Translations under genes and position numbers: made by a program | Notes under the pieces: generated by a model | Databases searched by the model: none | What the model saw: only the letters and a program-made list of their open reading frames with translations | What the model was told of the DNA's origin: nothing | Assembly (NCBI GenBank): GCA_036399715.1 | Contig: DASWMO010000138.1 | Span: 1-58,434, forward strand | Length of the DNA stretch: 58,434 nucleotides | Source of the DNA: Rubricoccaceae bacterium | GTDB taxonomy: Bacteria > Bacteroidota > Rhodothermia > Rhodothermales > Rubricoccaceae | Reading direction: 5' to 3' | Shown: piece by piece, positions 1 to 8,524 of the stretch | Position numbering within the stretch: position 1 is the first letter of the stretch | How the letters are laid out: every line of letters starts with the position of its first letter

Positions 1-1362
1 CGCGTCGTCACGGTCCTGCCCGGCGAGAGCGCCGTCGCGGAGGCGGACCGTCGCGGCGTGGTCTGCGACGCGCGTGCCCCCAGCGGTCGTGCCGTCGAGC
101 GTGAGGCGGACGGCGAGGGCATCGGGCGCGCCTCGGCCGTAGAACGTGGCGTCGGTCGGGTTCGTCGCGGCAATGGCGTACGTCAGCGTCGGCTGCGCGC
201 CGGCCGCGAGGCCTGTCACGGTCGCGAAAAAGCCCTGCCACCGCGCGGCGGCGTCGCTCGTGCCGGTCGTCGGGTTGGACTGGAAGAGCGTCCGGTAGGT
301 CGCGCCCGTCTGGGCGTCGCCGGGGTCGAAGACCTGAACGGCCGTGCTGAGGGCGCCGGCCGCGGCCGTGATCCCGGAGACGGCGAAGGAGGCGGCGAAC
401 GGGTTGCCCGCGAGCACGTAATCGTCGGCCGTCCGCGGAAACGCGCGCGTGACGTCGGCCGTGGGGCTCGTGCCGTAGCCGTAGAGCGTGAAGCCGCGCA
501 GGTCGCGGCTCGTGCTCGTCCCGCCGCCGGCGGCTGTCGGTCCGGGCGCGATCGCGGCGTCGTAGAAGAGCCAGAAGAAGCCTCGACCGGGCTCGACGAG
601 GCTCCCCGTCGAGGGCGCGCGTGTGTAGACGGGCGCGTTGGGGTCGGCCGTCGGACCGACGTAGGCCGTGTACAGGTTCGGCGCGGCGGCGGGGTACTGC
701 GGCTGCGCGTTGCCGTCGCCGGCGGGCACGCCCTGGACGAGGTTGACGGCCGCGAGCGCGCCCACGGTCAGGCCATCGACAGGCGACGAGAGCAGGCGCC
801 AGCCGGGCGCGTCCGAGAGATCGAGCTGCGCGACGACGTTCGCGGGCGCGAGCACGAGTTGGAAGCGGCTCACCCAGTCGGTGAGGGCGGCCGACGTGAA
901 CGCGTAGACCGTCTGCTGGCGCAGATTCACAACCGCCCCGGTCGTGTAGTCGCGGAGGTACGCGTTCCAGCCGGCTGGCAGCTCGTTCGGGCCGTTCCAA
1001 CGGACCGTAAACGAGCCCGCGTGCGTCGTGTAGAAGTCCACGGGGACCGAGACCGGGGCCGTGAGCACGCCCGGCGACCCATCGGGAAGCGAGTTCACGC
1101 TGAGGCGATACGGCTGCCCGTTGCGCTCGCCGACGGGCGCGAGGAGCGCATACGTGGACGCGAACGGGTACAGCTTCGAGGCGTCGTTGGGGTCGAAGCC
1201 CGTCTGCGCGTCGGGGAGCAGGCGCACGTAGGCCGCCTCGTCGGCGACGTTCGTGCCGTTCGACGCCGTGCCGGCGAGGCGGAGCTGGACGAACGGGACG
1301 GCGTGCGCCGGAGCGGCGGCCACGCCGGCGGCCAGGGCGAGGGCGAGGAGCAGACGGGACAT
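1..1362 (-). CDS. Secreted hypothetical protein, partial (C-terminus runs off the left edge)
   Basis: Not in the ORF track because no stop lies in the window. I translated the minus strand by hand from the ATG at 1362..1360: MSRLLLALALAAGVAAAPAHA (signal peptide), then 454 codons with no stop down to position 1. Third-position GC is high. No family recognised. Confidence 0.6.
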   Translation of the reverse strand, partial: MSRLLLALALAAGVAAAPAHAVPFVQLRLAGTASNGTNVADEAAYVRLLPDAQTGFDPNDASKLYPFASTYALLAPVGERNGQPYRLSVNSLPDGSPGVLTAPVSVPVDFYTTHAGSFTVRWNGPNELPAGWNAYLRDYTTGAVVNLRQQTVYAFTSAALTDWVSRFQLVLAPANVVAQLDLSDAPGWRLLSSPVDGLTVGALAAVNLVQGVPAGDGNAQPQYPAAAPNLYTAYVGPTADPNAPVYTRAPSTGSLVEPGRGFFWLFYDAAIAPGPTAAGGGTSTSRDLRGFTLYGYGTSPTADVTRAFPRTADDYVLAGNPFAASFAVSGITAAAGALSTAVQVFDPGDAQTGATYRTLFQSNPTTGTSDAAARWQGFFATVTGLAAGAQPTLTYAIAATNPTDATFYGRGAPDALAVRLTLDGTTAGGTRVADHAATVRLRDGALAGQDRDDA

Positions 1363-1383
1363 CGGGCGAGCGGCGGACCGCGT

Positions 1384-2526
1384 CTAGGGAAGCAGGCGGA
1401 GTTCGACGCGGCGCGCGGCGTTCGGGTCGAGGTCGAGGGCCGTCGCGGCGGCGGCCGAGAGCTCGACGAGGTAGGCGCGGCTCACCGGCCCGCGGTCCGC
1501 GACGCGGACGAACGTGCTGCGGCCCGAGGCGGGGTTGGTCACGAGCAGGATCGTCCCGAGCGGCAGGTCGCGGTGGCTCGCCGTGAGCGCGAGCGGGTCA
1601 TAGGGTTCGCCTGAGGCGGTCGGTCGGCCCGTGAGGACGTCCGGGTAGACGAGCGCCAGGCCGGCCTCGGAGACGTCCGGGAGCGTCCGCGACGCGGCCC
1701 ACGACGGGTCCACGGGCGCGGGCAGGTACAGCAGCGTCCCCGGCACGAGCGGCGCCGTCGAGAGCGAATTGCCGCCGATGAGCGCGTCGACCGTAAAGCC
1801 GTACGCCGCGGCGATGCTGTAGAGCGTCTCGCCAGGCTCGACAAAGTGGACGAGGTCGGCGGGGACCGTCGTGTCGGTCGTGGACCACACGCGCGGCGGC
1901 GTGCGGCGGGCGGGCTCCGGGCGCCCGGACGTGGCCGCTGCGGGCGGGGTGACGCGGGCTGGGCCGTTGGGGGCGGTCGCGGCGGGCGGCGCGTTCACGG
2001 CGACGCCGCCGCGGATCGGTGGTGTCACGCCGGCCGCAGGCACGACGGTCAGGCGCTGCCCGAGCTGGATCGCGTCCCCTTCGATGGCATTGAGACGCCG
2101 CAGCTCGCCGATAGGCATTCCGTAGCGTTGCGCGATGCGGAAGAGCGTGTCGTTGGCCTCGACGACGTGCGTGACGGCCCCCGCCGGGACCGGCGGACGA
2201 GTCGCGGCGGGCGTCCCGGCCGGGAGCGGCGGACGCGCCGGCGACACGGCTGGCCCGCCGGGCACGGACGGCGGCCCCTGCGCCGGCCGCGGCGCGGGCA
2301 CGGCGACGCGGTCGGTCAGGCGCAACGTCTGCCCGACCGCAATCACGTCGTCCACGACGGCCGGGTTGAGCCGCCGTAGGCGGTCTACCGTGAGGTTGCT
2401 CGCGCGCGCGATGCGGTAGAGCGTGTCGCCCGCCTGGACGACGTAGAGGTCACCCGAGCGCTGAGCGTGCGGGGCCGCCGCGAGCGCGAGCACGGCGAAC
2501 GCGAGCAGGAGAAGGCGGCGGGTCAT
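1384..2526 (-). CDS. LysM-repeat protein with C-terminal RlpA-like double-psi beta-barrel domain (lytic transglycosylase-like)
   Basis: Signal peptide, then three LysM-like units (YVVQAGDTLYRIA.., HVVEANDTLFRIAQRYG.., HFVEPGETLYSIAAAYG..). C-terminal SGEPYDP..LTASHRDLPLGTILLVTNPASGRSTFVRVADRGP is typical of RlpA DPBB. The start overlaps the upstream stop as ATGA. Confidence 0.8.
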   Translation of the reverse strand: MTRRLLLLAFAVLALAAAPHAQRSGDLYVVQAGDTLYRIARASNLTVDRLRRLNPAVVDDVIAVGQTLRLTDRVAVPAPRPAQGPPSVPGGPAVSPARPPLPAGTPAATRPPVPAGAVTHVVEANDTLFRIAQRYGMPIGELRRLNAIEGDAIQLGQRLTVVPAAGVTPPIRGGVAVNAPPAATAPNGPARVTPPAAATSGRPEPARRTPPRVWSTTDTTVPADLVHFVEPGETLYSIAAAYGFTVDALIGGNSLSTAPLVPGTLLYLPAPVDPSWAASRTLPDVSEAGLALVYPDVLTGRPTASGEPYDPLALTASHRDLPLGTILLVTNPASGRSTFVRVADRGPVSRAYLVELSAAAATALDLDPNAARRVELRLLP

Positions 2527-2837
2527 AGGGCGTCGTCGTCGAGGAGGGCGCGCTGGAGTTCGGAGCGCGCGTGGGCGTCGCCGGCAGCCGTCGCAGCGAC
2601 GATGCCGGCCCGGAGCGCCGCTTCAGCGTCTGCAGGGCGCCCGAGGCGCCGGTACAACGCGCCAAGGTGGTAGTACGTGCCGACATAGCCGGGCTCGTCG
2701 CGGACGAGCGACTCGTAGGCCTCGACTGCGTCCGCGTCTCGGCCGAGTTTGGCGTACTCCTGCGCGATGGCGAAGCGCGTGAACGCGTCGCCGGGGTCGT
2801 CGCGGAGAAAGTCGAGCAGGGCGGCGAGGCGGTCCAT
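2523..2837 (-). CDS. Small TPR-repeat protein
   Basis: The internal ATG at 2837 of ORF 2523..3170 gives MDRLAALLDFLRDDPGDAFTRFAIAQEYAKLGRDADAVEAYESLV..YYHLGALYRRLGR, which is TPR-like. The upstream part of that ORF is Arg-rich shadow sequence. Confidence 0.6.
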   Translation of the reverse strand: MDRLAALLDFLRDDPGDAFTRFAIAQEYAKLGRDADAVEAYESLVRDEPGYVGTYYHLGALYRRLGRPADAEAALRAGIVAATAAGDAHARSELQRALLDDDAL

Positions 2838-2929
2838 GCCGGCAAAGATAGCCGGCTCTCCGCGCGTCCGCCGGGACGGATCTGCCGGGAGGCGACCACC
2901 GGGCTGCCGTTCGCGACAGGCGCGCCGGC

Positions 2930-3760
2930 CTACCAGCTGCCGCCCGCGCCGCCGCCGCCGAAGCTGCCGCCGCCGAACCCACCGAACCCGCCCCCACCTC
3001 CGCCGCCGAAGCCGCCTCCTCCGCCGCCGAAGCTGCCACCGCCGAAGCCGCCGGTCGGGAGAAAGATGAAGCCGCCCCCACCACCACGGCGCCGGCGCCC
3101 GCCGGTCATGCCGCCCTTGCTCCGCGAGGACATCACGATGAGGAAGACGAACAGAATCAGCAGGCAGCACACGATCGTCTCGAGGTCGCTGGCCTCACCG
3201 CTCTCGGCCGGGGCCGTGAACTCGCCCGCGAGGGCGGCCGCGATGGCGTCCGTCGCGCGGTCAAGGCCGTCGTAGAACTGGCCCTCGCGGAAGCGCGGCA
3301 CGATGACCTCGCGGACGATCGTCGCCGCGACGGCGTCCGTCAGACCGCCCTCGGCGCCGTAGCCCGTCGCGATGTAGACCTCGCGGTCCTCCATCGCCGC
3401 CAGCAGCACGACGCCGTTGTCGTCCCCGGCCTGCCCGACGCCCCACGCGCGGCCGAGCTCGGTCGCGTACTCGTTGGGCGAGATGCCATCCGTCGTCCCG
3501 ACGATGACGACGGCGACCTGCGTCCCCGTCGAGTCGTCGAGGGCGACGAGCTTCTGCTCGAGCGCGGCCGCCTCGCCGGGCTGGAGGAGCCCGGTGAGGT
3601 CGTTGACGAGGCGGGGCGGGCTCGGCCGCGGCGGGAGCGCTGCAGCGACCGTCGCCGACTGGGCGTGCGCGGGGCCCGCGACGCCCGCGAACAGGAGCCC
3701 GCCGAGCAGGACGCGCCCGAGGAGGACGGCGGAGCGGACGGCCGGGAGCGCAGCGCGCAC
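2930..3760 (-). CDS. TPM-domain (YgcG/TLP18.3-like) membrane protein with Gly-rich C-terminal tail
   Basis: Signal-like N-terminus and a TPM core (VNDLTGLL..E..LEQKL..L...TG.QVAVVIV.., GVVLLAAMEDREVYIATGYGAEG). A TM helix follows, then a GGFGGGSFGGGGGGFGG tail. The start is uncertain. I chose the GTG at 3760 because it lies just after the LemA stop; the ATG at 3868 would overlap lemA by 80 nt. Confidence 0.75.
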   Translation of the reverse strand: MRAALPAVRSAVLLGRVLLGGLLFAGVAGPAHAQSATVAAALPPRPSPPRLVNDLTGLLQPGEAAALEQKLVALDDSTGTQVAVVIVGTTDGISPNEYATELGRAWGVGQAGDDNGVVLLAAMEDREVYIATGYGAEGGLTDAVAATIVREVIVPRFREGQFYDGLDRATDAIAAALAGEFTAPAESGEASDLETIVCCLLILFVFLIVMSSRSKGGMTGGRRRRGGGGGFIFLPTGGFGGGSFGGGGGGFGGGGGGGFGGFGGGSFGGGGAGGSW

Positions 3761-3788
3761 GGGGGCGGGGGCGGGGAGGCGGAGCAGC

Positions 3789-4391
3789 CTAGTTGCCGAA
3801 GTTGATCTCGGGCGCGTGCTCGGCCCCGGCGTCCGCGGCGAACGGCTCGCGCGGCGAGATGCCCGCAAAGCCGGCCACGATGTTGGTCGGGAACGTCCGG
3901 ATGCGCGCGTTGAGCGAGCCCACGGCCTGGTTGTAGTCCCGGCGGGCCGTCGCGATGCGGTTCTCGGTCCCCTCGACCTGGCTCTGGAGGTTCAGGAAGC
4001 CCTGGTTGGTCTGGAGCGTCGGGTACGCCTCGGCCGTCGCGAGCAGGCGCCCGAAGGACTGCCCGAGCGCGGCCTGCGCCTCCTGGAACTGCGCCACCTT
4101 GGCCGGGTCGTCGAGGTCCGCGGCCGTGATCTGGATCGACGTCGCGCGGCTGCGCGCCTCGATGACGTTCTGGAGCGTCTCGCTCTCGAAGTCGGCCTGC
4201 CCGCGGACGATCGCGACGGCCTGCTGCACGAAGTCCGCCCGCCGCTGGTACTGCGTCTGGACGTCGGACCAGGCGGTCGTGACCGCGGTGTCCTGCTGGA
4301 CGAGGCTGTTGTAGGACCCGCACCCCGCGCAGCCGGCGAAGCCGACGACGAGAAGTACGACGAGGAGAACGATGGCACCGGTGCTGCGCAT
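3789..4391 (-). CDS. lemA: LemA family protein
   Basis: N-terminal TM/lipobox-like segment, then YNSLV......AWS.V..QYQRRADF......V.G.A.FE..TL..V..AR and YP.L..N..F..LQ...EGTENRI..AR.DYN..V...N..I..FP.N. This is the classic LemA pattern, sitting immediately upstream of a TPM gene. Confidence 0.9.
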   Translation of the reverse strand: MRSTGAIVLLVVLLVVGFAGCAGCGSYNSLVQQDTAVTTAWSDVQTQYQRRADFVQQAVAIVRGQADFESETLQNVIEARSRATSIQITAADLDDPAKVAQFQEAQAALGQSFGRLLATAEAYPTLQTNQGFLNLQSQVEGTENRIATARRDYNQAVGSLNARIRTFPTNIVAGFAGISPREPFAADAGAEHAPEINFGN

Positions 4392-4478
4392 AGGGGTCGG
4401 GCGGGGCCCGCGAGGGTCAGAGGGAGGGCCGTACGATACGGCGGCCGGGCTGTACGGGGCCGCGCCGGAAAGATGCGC

Positions 4479-4531
4479 CCCGGACTGGGCCGGCTGTAAC
4501 CAGCCTCAACCCGGCCCGGGGCGCAGTCCGG
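4479..4531 (-). terminator. Imperfect GC-rich hairpin directly after the dodecin stop (possible terminator)
   Basis: The arms CCGGACTGGGCCGG and CCGGCCC(ggggcg)CAGTCCGG are reverse complements apart from a 6-nt bulge. Only a weak T tract follows on the minus strand. Confidence 0.3.
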
Positions 4532-4532
4532 T

Positions 4533-4748
4533 CTAAAGCGCGGTGCCGCTCTCGACGATGAACGTCACCTTGCAGTGGACGCGGAACGTGCCGGCATCCG
4601 CCTCGCCGGGCTCGTAGATGAAGTCCTCGACGTAGACGGACGTCACGCCGCGGACGGAGGCGGAGACTTCCTTGTAGGCGTTGCGGACGGCGTCGTCGAA
4701 GCTGACGTCGGACGATGCAGAGACTTCGATGATCTTGGCGATGGACAT
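4533..4748 (-). CDS. Dodecin-family (flavin-binding) small protein
   Basis: The 71-aa product MSIAKIIEVSASSDVSFDDAVRNAYKEVSASVRGVTSVYVEDF...FRVHCKVTFIV has the length and beta-alpha-beta-beta pattern of dodecins. Confidence 0.7.
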   Translation of the reverse strand: MSIAKIIEVSASSDVSFDDAVRNAYKEVSASVRGVTSVYVEDFIYEPGEADAGTFRVHCKVTFIVESGTAL

Positions 4749-4878
4749 AGCAGGACAGGTGAGTGGAGAGGGCGCCCGAAAGTGGGCGCGGGTCTACGCC
4801 CCCGGTCCCGGAGGGGTCCGAGTCCCGCACAACCCGGCTGCGTCTCGCGGCGTTGGCACGCCCCCCTCCTCCCCGCCG

Positions 4879-5109
4879 ATGCCCCGTCTCACGACCTCCG
4901 TAGTCTTCGCCGTGCTCGCCCTCGCCGGCTGCTCGTCCAGCCCCGACGGTCCGACGCTCGACGGCGTCTCGCCCGAGCAAAACGGCACGCTCCAGCCCGA
5001 CGCCTCGACCACCCCCGGCGGCGACATCGCGCCCGAGGCGTCCCAGGATCCCAACGCGACGCTCGCGCCCGACGCGACGCTTCAGCCGGACACGACGACT
5101 GCACCGTGA
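4879..5109 (+). CDS. Small lipoprotein, Pro/Thr/Asp-rich
   Basis: The internal ATG at 4879 gives MPRLTTSVVFAVLALAGC, a signal peptide with a lipobox Cys, followed by a low-complexity tail. Its TGA overlaps the GTG of the next gene (GTGA). Confidence 0.55.
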   Translation: MPRLTTSVVFAVLALAGCSSSPDGPTLDGVSPEQNGTLQPDASTTPGGDIAPEASQDPNATLAPDATLQPDTTTAP

Positions 5110-5750
5110 CGCCGGCGCCCGAGACGCAGCGCCGCGGGCCGCGGGCGTGGTGGCTCGCATTCGTCCTCGCCCGCACCCGGGCGTCCGACGTGCGTCTGTA
5201 CGGCGCGCGCAAGCGCTCCCTCTTCGCCGGCCTCGGGCCGGTCGCCGTCGAGATCGGGGCCGGCGCGGGCGTCAACGCAGCCTACTTCGACCGCAGCACG
5301 CGCTGGCTCGCCGTGGAGCCGAACGTCTACCTGCACGGCCCGCTCCGGCGGGCCGCAGACGCGCACGGACTCGCCCTCACGCTCGTCCCAGGGACTGCCG
5401 AAACGCTCGCGCTCCCCGACGCCTCGGCCGACGCCGTCGTGTCGACGCTCGTGCTGTGCTCGGTCGCAGACCCCGCGCGGGTGCTCGCCGAGGCGCGCCG
5501 CGTGCTCCGCCCCGGCGGGCGGCTCGTGTTCGTCGAACACGTCGCCGCCGAGCCAGGATCGGGTTTGCGCCGCCTTCAGCGGATGCTCCGCGCGCCGTGG
5601 GGCACCATCGCCGATGGCTGCCGGCCCGACCGTGACACCGAGGCGCTTCTCCGTGCTGCCGGCTTCGCCGACGTGACGCTGGACCGGTTCCGCCTCCCGC
5701 TCGGGCTCGTCGCGCCGCACATCGCCGGCGTGGCGACGAAGGCGGCATAG
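5106..5750 (+). CDS. Class I SAM-dependent methyltransferase (Methyltransf_11-like)
   Basis: It carries the SAM motif I VAVEIGAGAGVNAAYF, followed by DAVVSTLVLCSV.D....L.E..RVLRPGGRLVFVEH. I chose the GTG at 5106 because of the 4-bp overlap with the upstream stop. Confidence 0.8.
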   Translation: MTPAPETQRRGPRAWWLAFVLARTRASDVRLYGARKRSLFAGLGPVAVEIGAGAGVNAAYFDRSTRWLAVEPNVYLHGPLRRAADAHGLALTLVPGTAETLALPDASADAVVSTLVLCSVADPARVLAEARRVLRPGGRLVFVEHVAAEPGSGLRRLQRMLRAPWGTIADGCRPDRDTEALLRAAGFADVTLDRFRLPLGLVAPHIAGVATKAA

Positions 5751-5766
5751 CAGCGGCCCGGGAGAC

Positions 5767-6672
5767 CTATTCCCCGCTCCGGCTCGGCACGAGGCGCGCG
5801 GGCGTCTGCACGACCGCGTCAGCGTCGACGGCTAGCGGGGGCGCGTCCACGTCCGCCACGGGCGCGAGGTCGATGCGGAACACGCGCGCGGTGGGCGCGA
5901 AGCGGGCGAGGTGTTCGGGGATGCCGCGCCCGCCGGCCGTGTGGAAGCCGCCGTTGACGTGGACCACGAGCGGGCGGCCACCGGCCGCGCCGCCGCGCAG
6001 CGCCTCGGCCGTCCGGTACGCCATCGAGGCGTCGCGGAGGTTCTGCGCGCCGAGCATGCCGCCCATGCCGGTCCCGCCGTGGCCACCCATCGCCTCGGAG
6101 AAGGCGGCCGCCATGCCCTCGGACGCCTCGGCGACGGGCAGCGGCGGCAGGACCGCGAGCGCCGCCGGCGAGAGGCCCGCGAGGTCGACGCCGCGCCCGA
6201 CGGCGCGGACGTACCGGACGGGCGCGTTCGCCGCGACGACCCGCATCCGGTTGGCCTTCGCGTACTCGACGAGCGGCCGGTAGTCGGCGGCGTAGTTCGC
6301 CCATGGCCGCGCGGCTTCGAGAAAGTCGCGCTCCGAGATGGTGCCCGCGAGGTACTCGTCCGAAACCGTCTGCACGTCGGCCTCGAACATCTCGAGGGCG
6401 AGCACGACCGGCCGCGTGCCGGCCCGCTCGTGCAGACCTGAGAGCACGGCCAGCTCGACCGCGTGCCCCGTCGGGTCGTCGTGGATCTCGCCGACGAACA
6501 CGACATCGGCCTGCACGGCTGCGTCGAGAATCTCGCCGAGCGGCCGAGTTGCGCCGGACGCGTCGAAAGCCTGGTAGCGGGCCATGAGCGTGTCGGCGGG
6601 CTGGGCCGCGGCGGTCCCGGCGAGGATCACCGCCGCGAGCACTGCCGCGGTGAGGAGCGGGCGCGTGGTCAT
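5767..6672 (-). CDS. ChaN-family (haem-binding uptake / Tiki-like, PF04187-type) periplasmic protein
   Basis: The product starts at MTTRPLLTAAVLAAVILAGTAAAQ (signal peptide). Characteristic ChaN segments follow: VVFVGEIHDDPTGH..E..., ALEMFE.D.Q...D.Y..G.I.E..F and NAP...V. The ATG overlaps the helicase stop (ATGA). Confidence 0.75.
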   Translation of the reverse strand: MTTRPLLTAAVLAAVILAGTAAAQPADTLMARYQAFDASGATRPLGEILDAAVQADVVFVGEIHDDPTGHAVELAVLSGLHERAGTRPVVLALEMFEADVQTVSDEYLAGTISERDFLEAARPWANYAADYRPLVEYAKANRMRVVAANAPVRYVRAVGRGVDLAGLSPAALAVLPPLPVAEASEGMAAAFSEAMGGHGGTGMGGMLGAQNLRDASMAYRTAEALRGGAAGGRPLVVHVNGGFHTAGGRGIPEHLARFAPTARVFRIDLAPVADVDAPPLAVDADAVVQTPARLVPSRSGE

Positions 6673-8255
6673 GCGTCGGCGTCGGGCTGGGGCGCGTCGG
6701 CGGACTTCTTGCGCGAGGCGCGCTTCTTCTTGGCCTTCGGCGCCTCGGCGGCCGGCGCATCGGCGTCCGCCTCCGGTGCGGGGGCCATCTCGGCGGGCAG
6801 GAGCGCCTCGGGCCGGCCCGACGCCTCGGCGGCGCGGCGGCGGTCGCGGAGCGACTTCTGGTAGACGCCGTCGAGGAGCATCGCGAGAATCTCGGGCTCG
6901 CCCTCGGCGACGAGGCGCTCGACGACGGGCACGAACCGCGCTTGCCGCTCGCGCTCTAGGCGCGACCGCGACCGCATGTCGTCTTCGAGGATCGCCGTGA
7001 GGCGCTCCGAGACGCGGGCCGCGAGGTCCTCCTCGGTCGGGACCGGCAGCTCTTCGAGCGGGATCGAGTAGCGGCGGGCGATGCCGCGGAGGCTCGGCGC
7101 GTCGGTCGCCGTCATGAGCGAGATCGAGACGCCGGCCTTGCCCGCCCGCGCCGTCCGGCCCGAGCGGTGGACGTAGTACTCGGGGTCCTGCGGAACGTCG
7201 AAGTGGAAGACGTGCGAGAGGTCCTCGACGTCGATACCGCGCGCGGCCACGTCCGTCGCGACGAGGAAGCGGAGCGAGCCCGAGCGCAGGCGACCCATCA
7301 CCTCCTCGCGCGCCTTCTGCGTGAGGTCCGACGAGATGCCGGCCGCGTCGAGGCCGTAGTTCGTCAGGAAGCGGGCGAGGTACTCGACCTCGCGGCGCGT
7401 GTTGGCGAAGATGATGCCCGTCGTCGGGTTCTCCCACTCGATGAGCGTCGCGAGCGCGCGGTCCTTGGCGCGCGGGTCGACGGCGTAGGCGCGGTGCGTC
7501 ATCAGGTCCACGTGGATCGTGCCGCCGGACGTCGCGAGAAAGATCGGGTTGTTGAGAAACTCCTGGCCGATGCGCTGCACCTGGAACGGCATCGTGGCCG
7601 AGAACATGTAGCCGTCGCGGACCTTCGGGAGGTAGCGCTTGAGCTTCATCATGTCCGGGTAGAAGCCCATCGAGAGCATCTCGTCGGCCTCGTCGAGGAC
7701 GAGCATCTGGAGCTGCGAGAGGTTCAGCGTCCCGCGCGAGAGGTGGTCCAGCACGCGCCCCGGTGTCCCGACGACGAGGTGCGCGCCCTTCTCGAAGGCG
7801 TCGAGCTGCGGGCCGTAGGCGGTCCCGCCGTAGACGGCGACGGCCGTCAGCTGCTCCTCTTTGGGCAGGCCGGCATTCATACGCTCGAACTCGGTGTAGA
7901 TCTGGAGCGCGAGCTCGCGCGTCGGGCACAGCACGAGCGCCTGGCACGCGGCGACGTCAGGGTCGAGGCGCTCCAGCATCGGCAGCAGGAACGCGCCGGT
8001 CTTGCCCGAGCCCGTGCGCGACTGCACGATCATGTCGCGGGCGTCGAGGACGTACGGAATCGCCTGCGCCTGGACGGGCATCAGGCCGGGCCAGCCGAGC
8101 GCGTCGAGGCCTTCTTTGAGGCGGAACGGGATCGTCTCCAGCGTGGCATCGGCGACCTCGGGGTCGAGCTCGGCGAAGGGCGTCTTGAGCGGCTCGGCGG
8201 CCTTCTTGTCGTTCTGAGCCTTCTGGGTAAAGTCGAAAACGGCTTTATAGGCCAT
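6669..8255 (-). CDS. DEAD-box ATP-dependent RNA helicase with basic C-terminal tail
   Basis: Starts at MAYKAVFDF (ATG at 8255). It has a Q-motif region, SRTGSGKTGAF (motif I), LVLDEADEMLSMGF (DEAD), MFSATMP (SAT) and HRSGRTARAG (motif VI). The upstream 93 codons of the listed ORF look non-coding. Confidence 0.9.
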   Translation of the reverse strand: MAYKAVFDFTQKAQNDKKAAEPLKTPFAELDPEVADATLETIPFRLKEGLDALGWPGLMPVQAQAIPYVLDARDMIVQSRTGSGKTGAFLLPMLERLDPDVAACQALVLCPTRELALQIYTEFERMNAGLPKEEQLTAVAVYGGTAYGPQLDAFEKGAHLVVGTPGRVLDHLSRGTLNLSQLQMLVLDEADEMLSMGFYPDMMKLKRYLPKVRDGYMFSATMPFQVQRIGQEFLNNPIFLATSGGTIHVDLMTHRAYAVDPRAKDRALATLIEWENPTTGIIFANTRREVEYLARFLTNYGLDAAGISSDLTQKAREEVMGRLRSGSLRFLVATDVAARGIDVEDLSHVFHFDVPQDPEYYVHRSGRTARAGKAGVSISLMTATDAPSLRGIARRYSIPLEELPVPTEEDLAARVSERLTAILEDDMRSRSRLERERQARFVPVVERLVAEGEPEILAMLLDGVYQKSLRDRRRAAEASGRPEALLPAEMAPAPEADADAPAAEAPKAKKKRASRKKSADAPQPDADA

Positions 8256-8524
8256 TCTAGGTGGCGGGCGGGCGCCCGCGGGCAAGTGGGGCCGCCCGGG
8301 GTCTGTCACGTGGCCCGACCGGCATCTCGGCGCACAGCGCGCCTCGCGACAGCACGCCGCGTCTAGGAGAGTAGCGCGAGCGGTACGATTTCGTGTCCGC
8401 GCCCAGACGTTTTCAGGCCGACTTCGCGGACCGGCCCTTGCCCGCCGGGACGCTGCCGTTGTACACGTCGGGCGCAACACCGCACGCCGCCGGTGCGTCC
8501 ATAGCTGAATCTCACACCGTTCCG

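Noticed and set aside
8-1614. Long track ORFs 8..1000 (-) and 58..1614 (+), 330 and 518 aa
   Set aside because: Their products are Arg/Gly/Pro-rich low-complexity sequence typical of wrong-frame reading in GC-rich DNA. A third frame on the minus strand gives a signal-peptide protein with coherent composition (1..1362), and the RlpA-like gene covers the rest.
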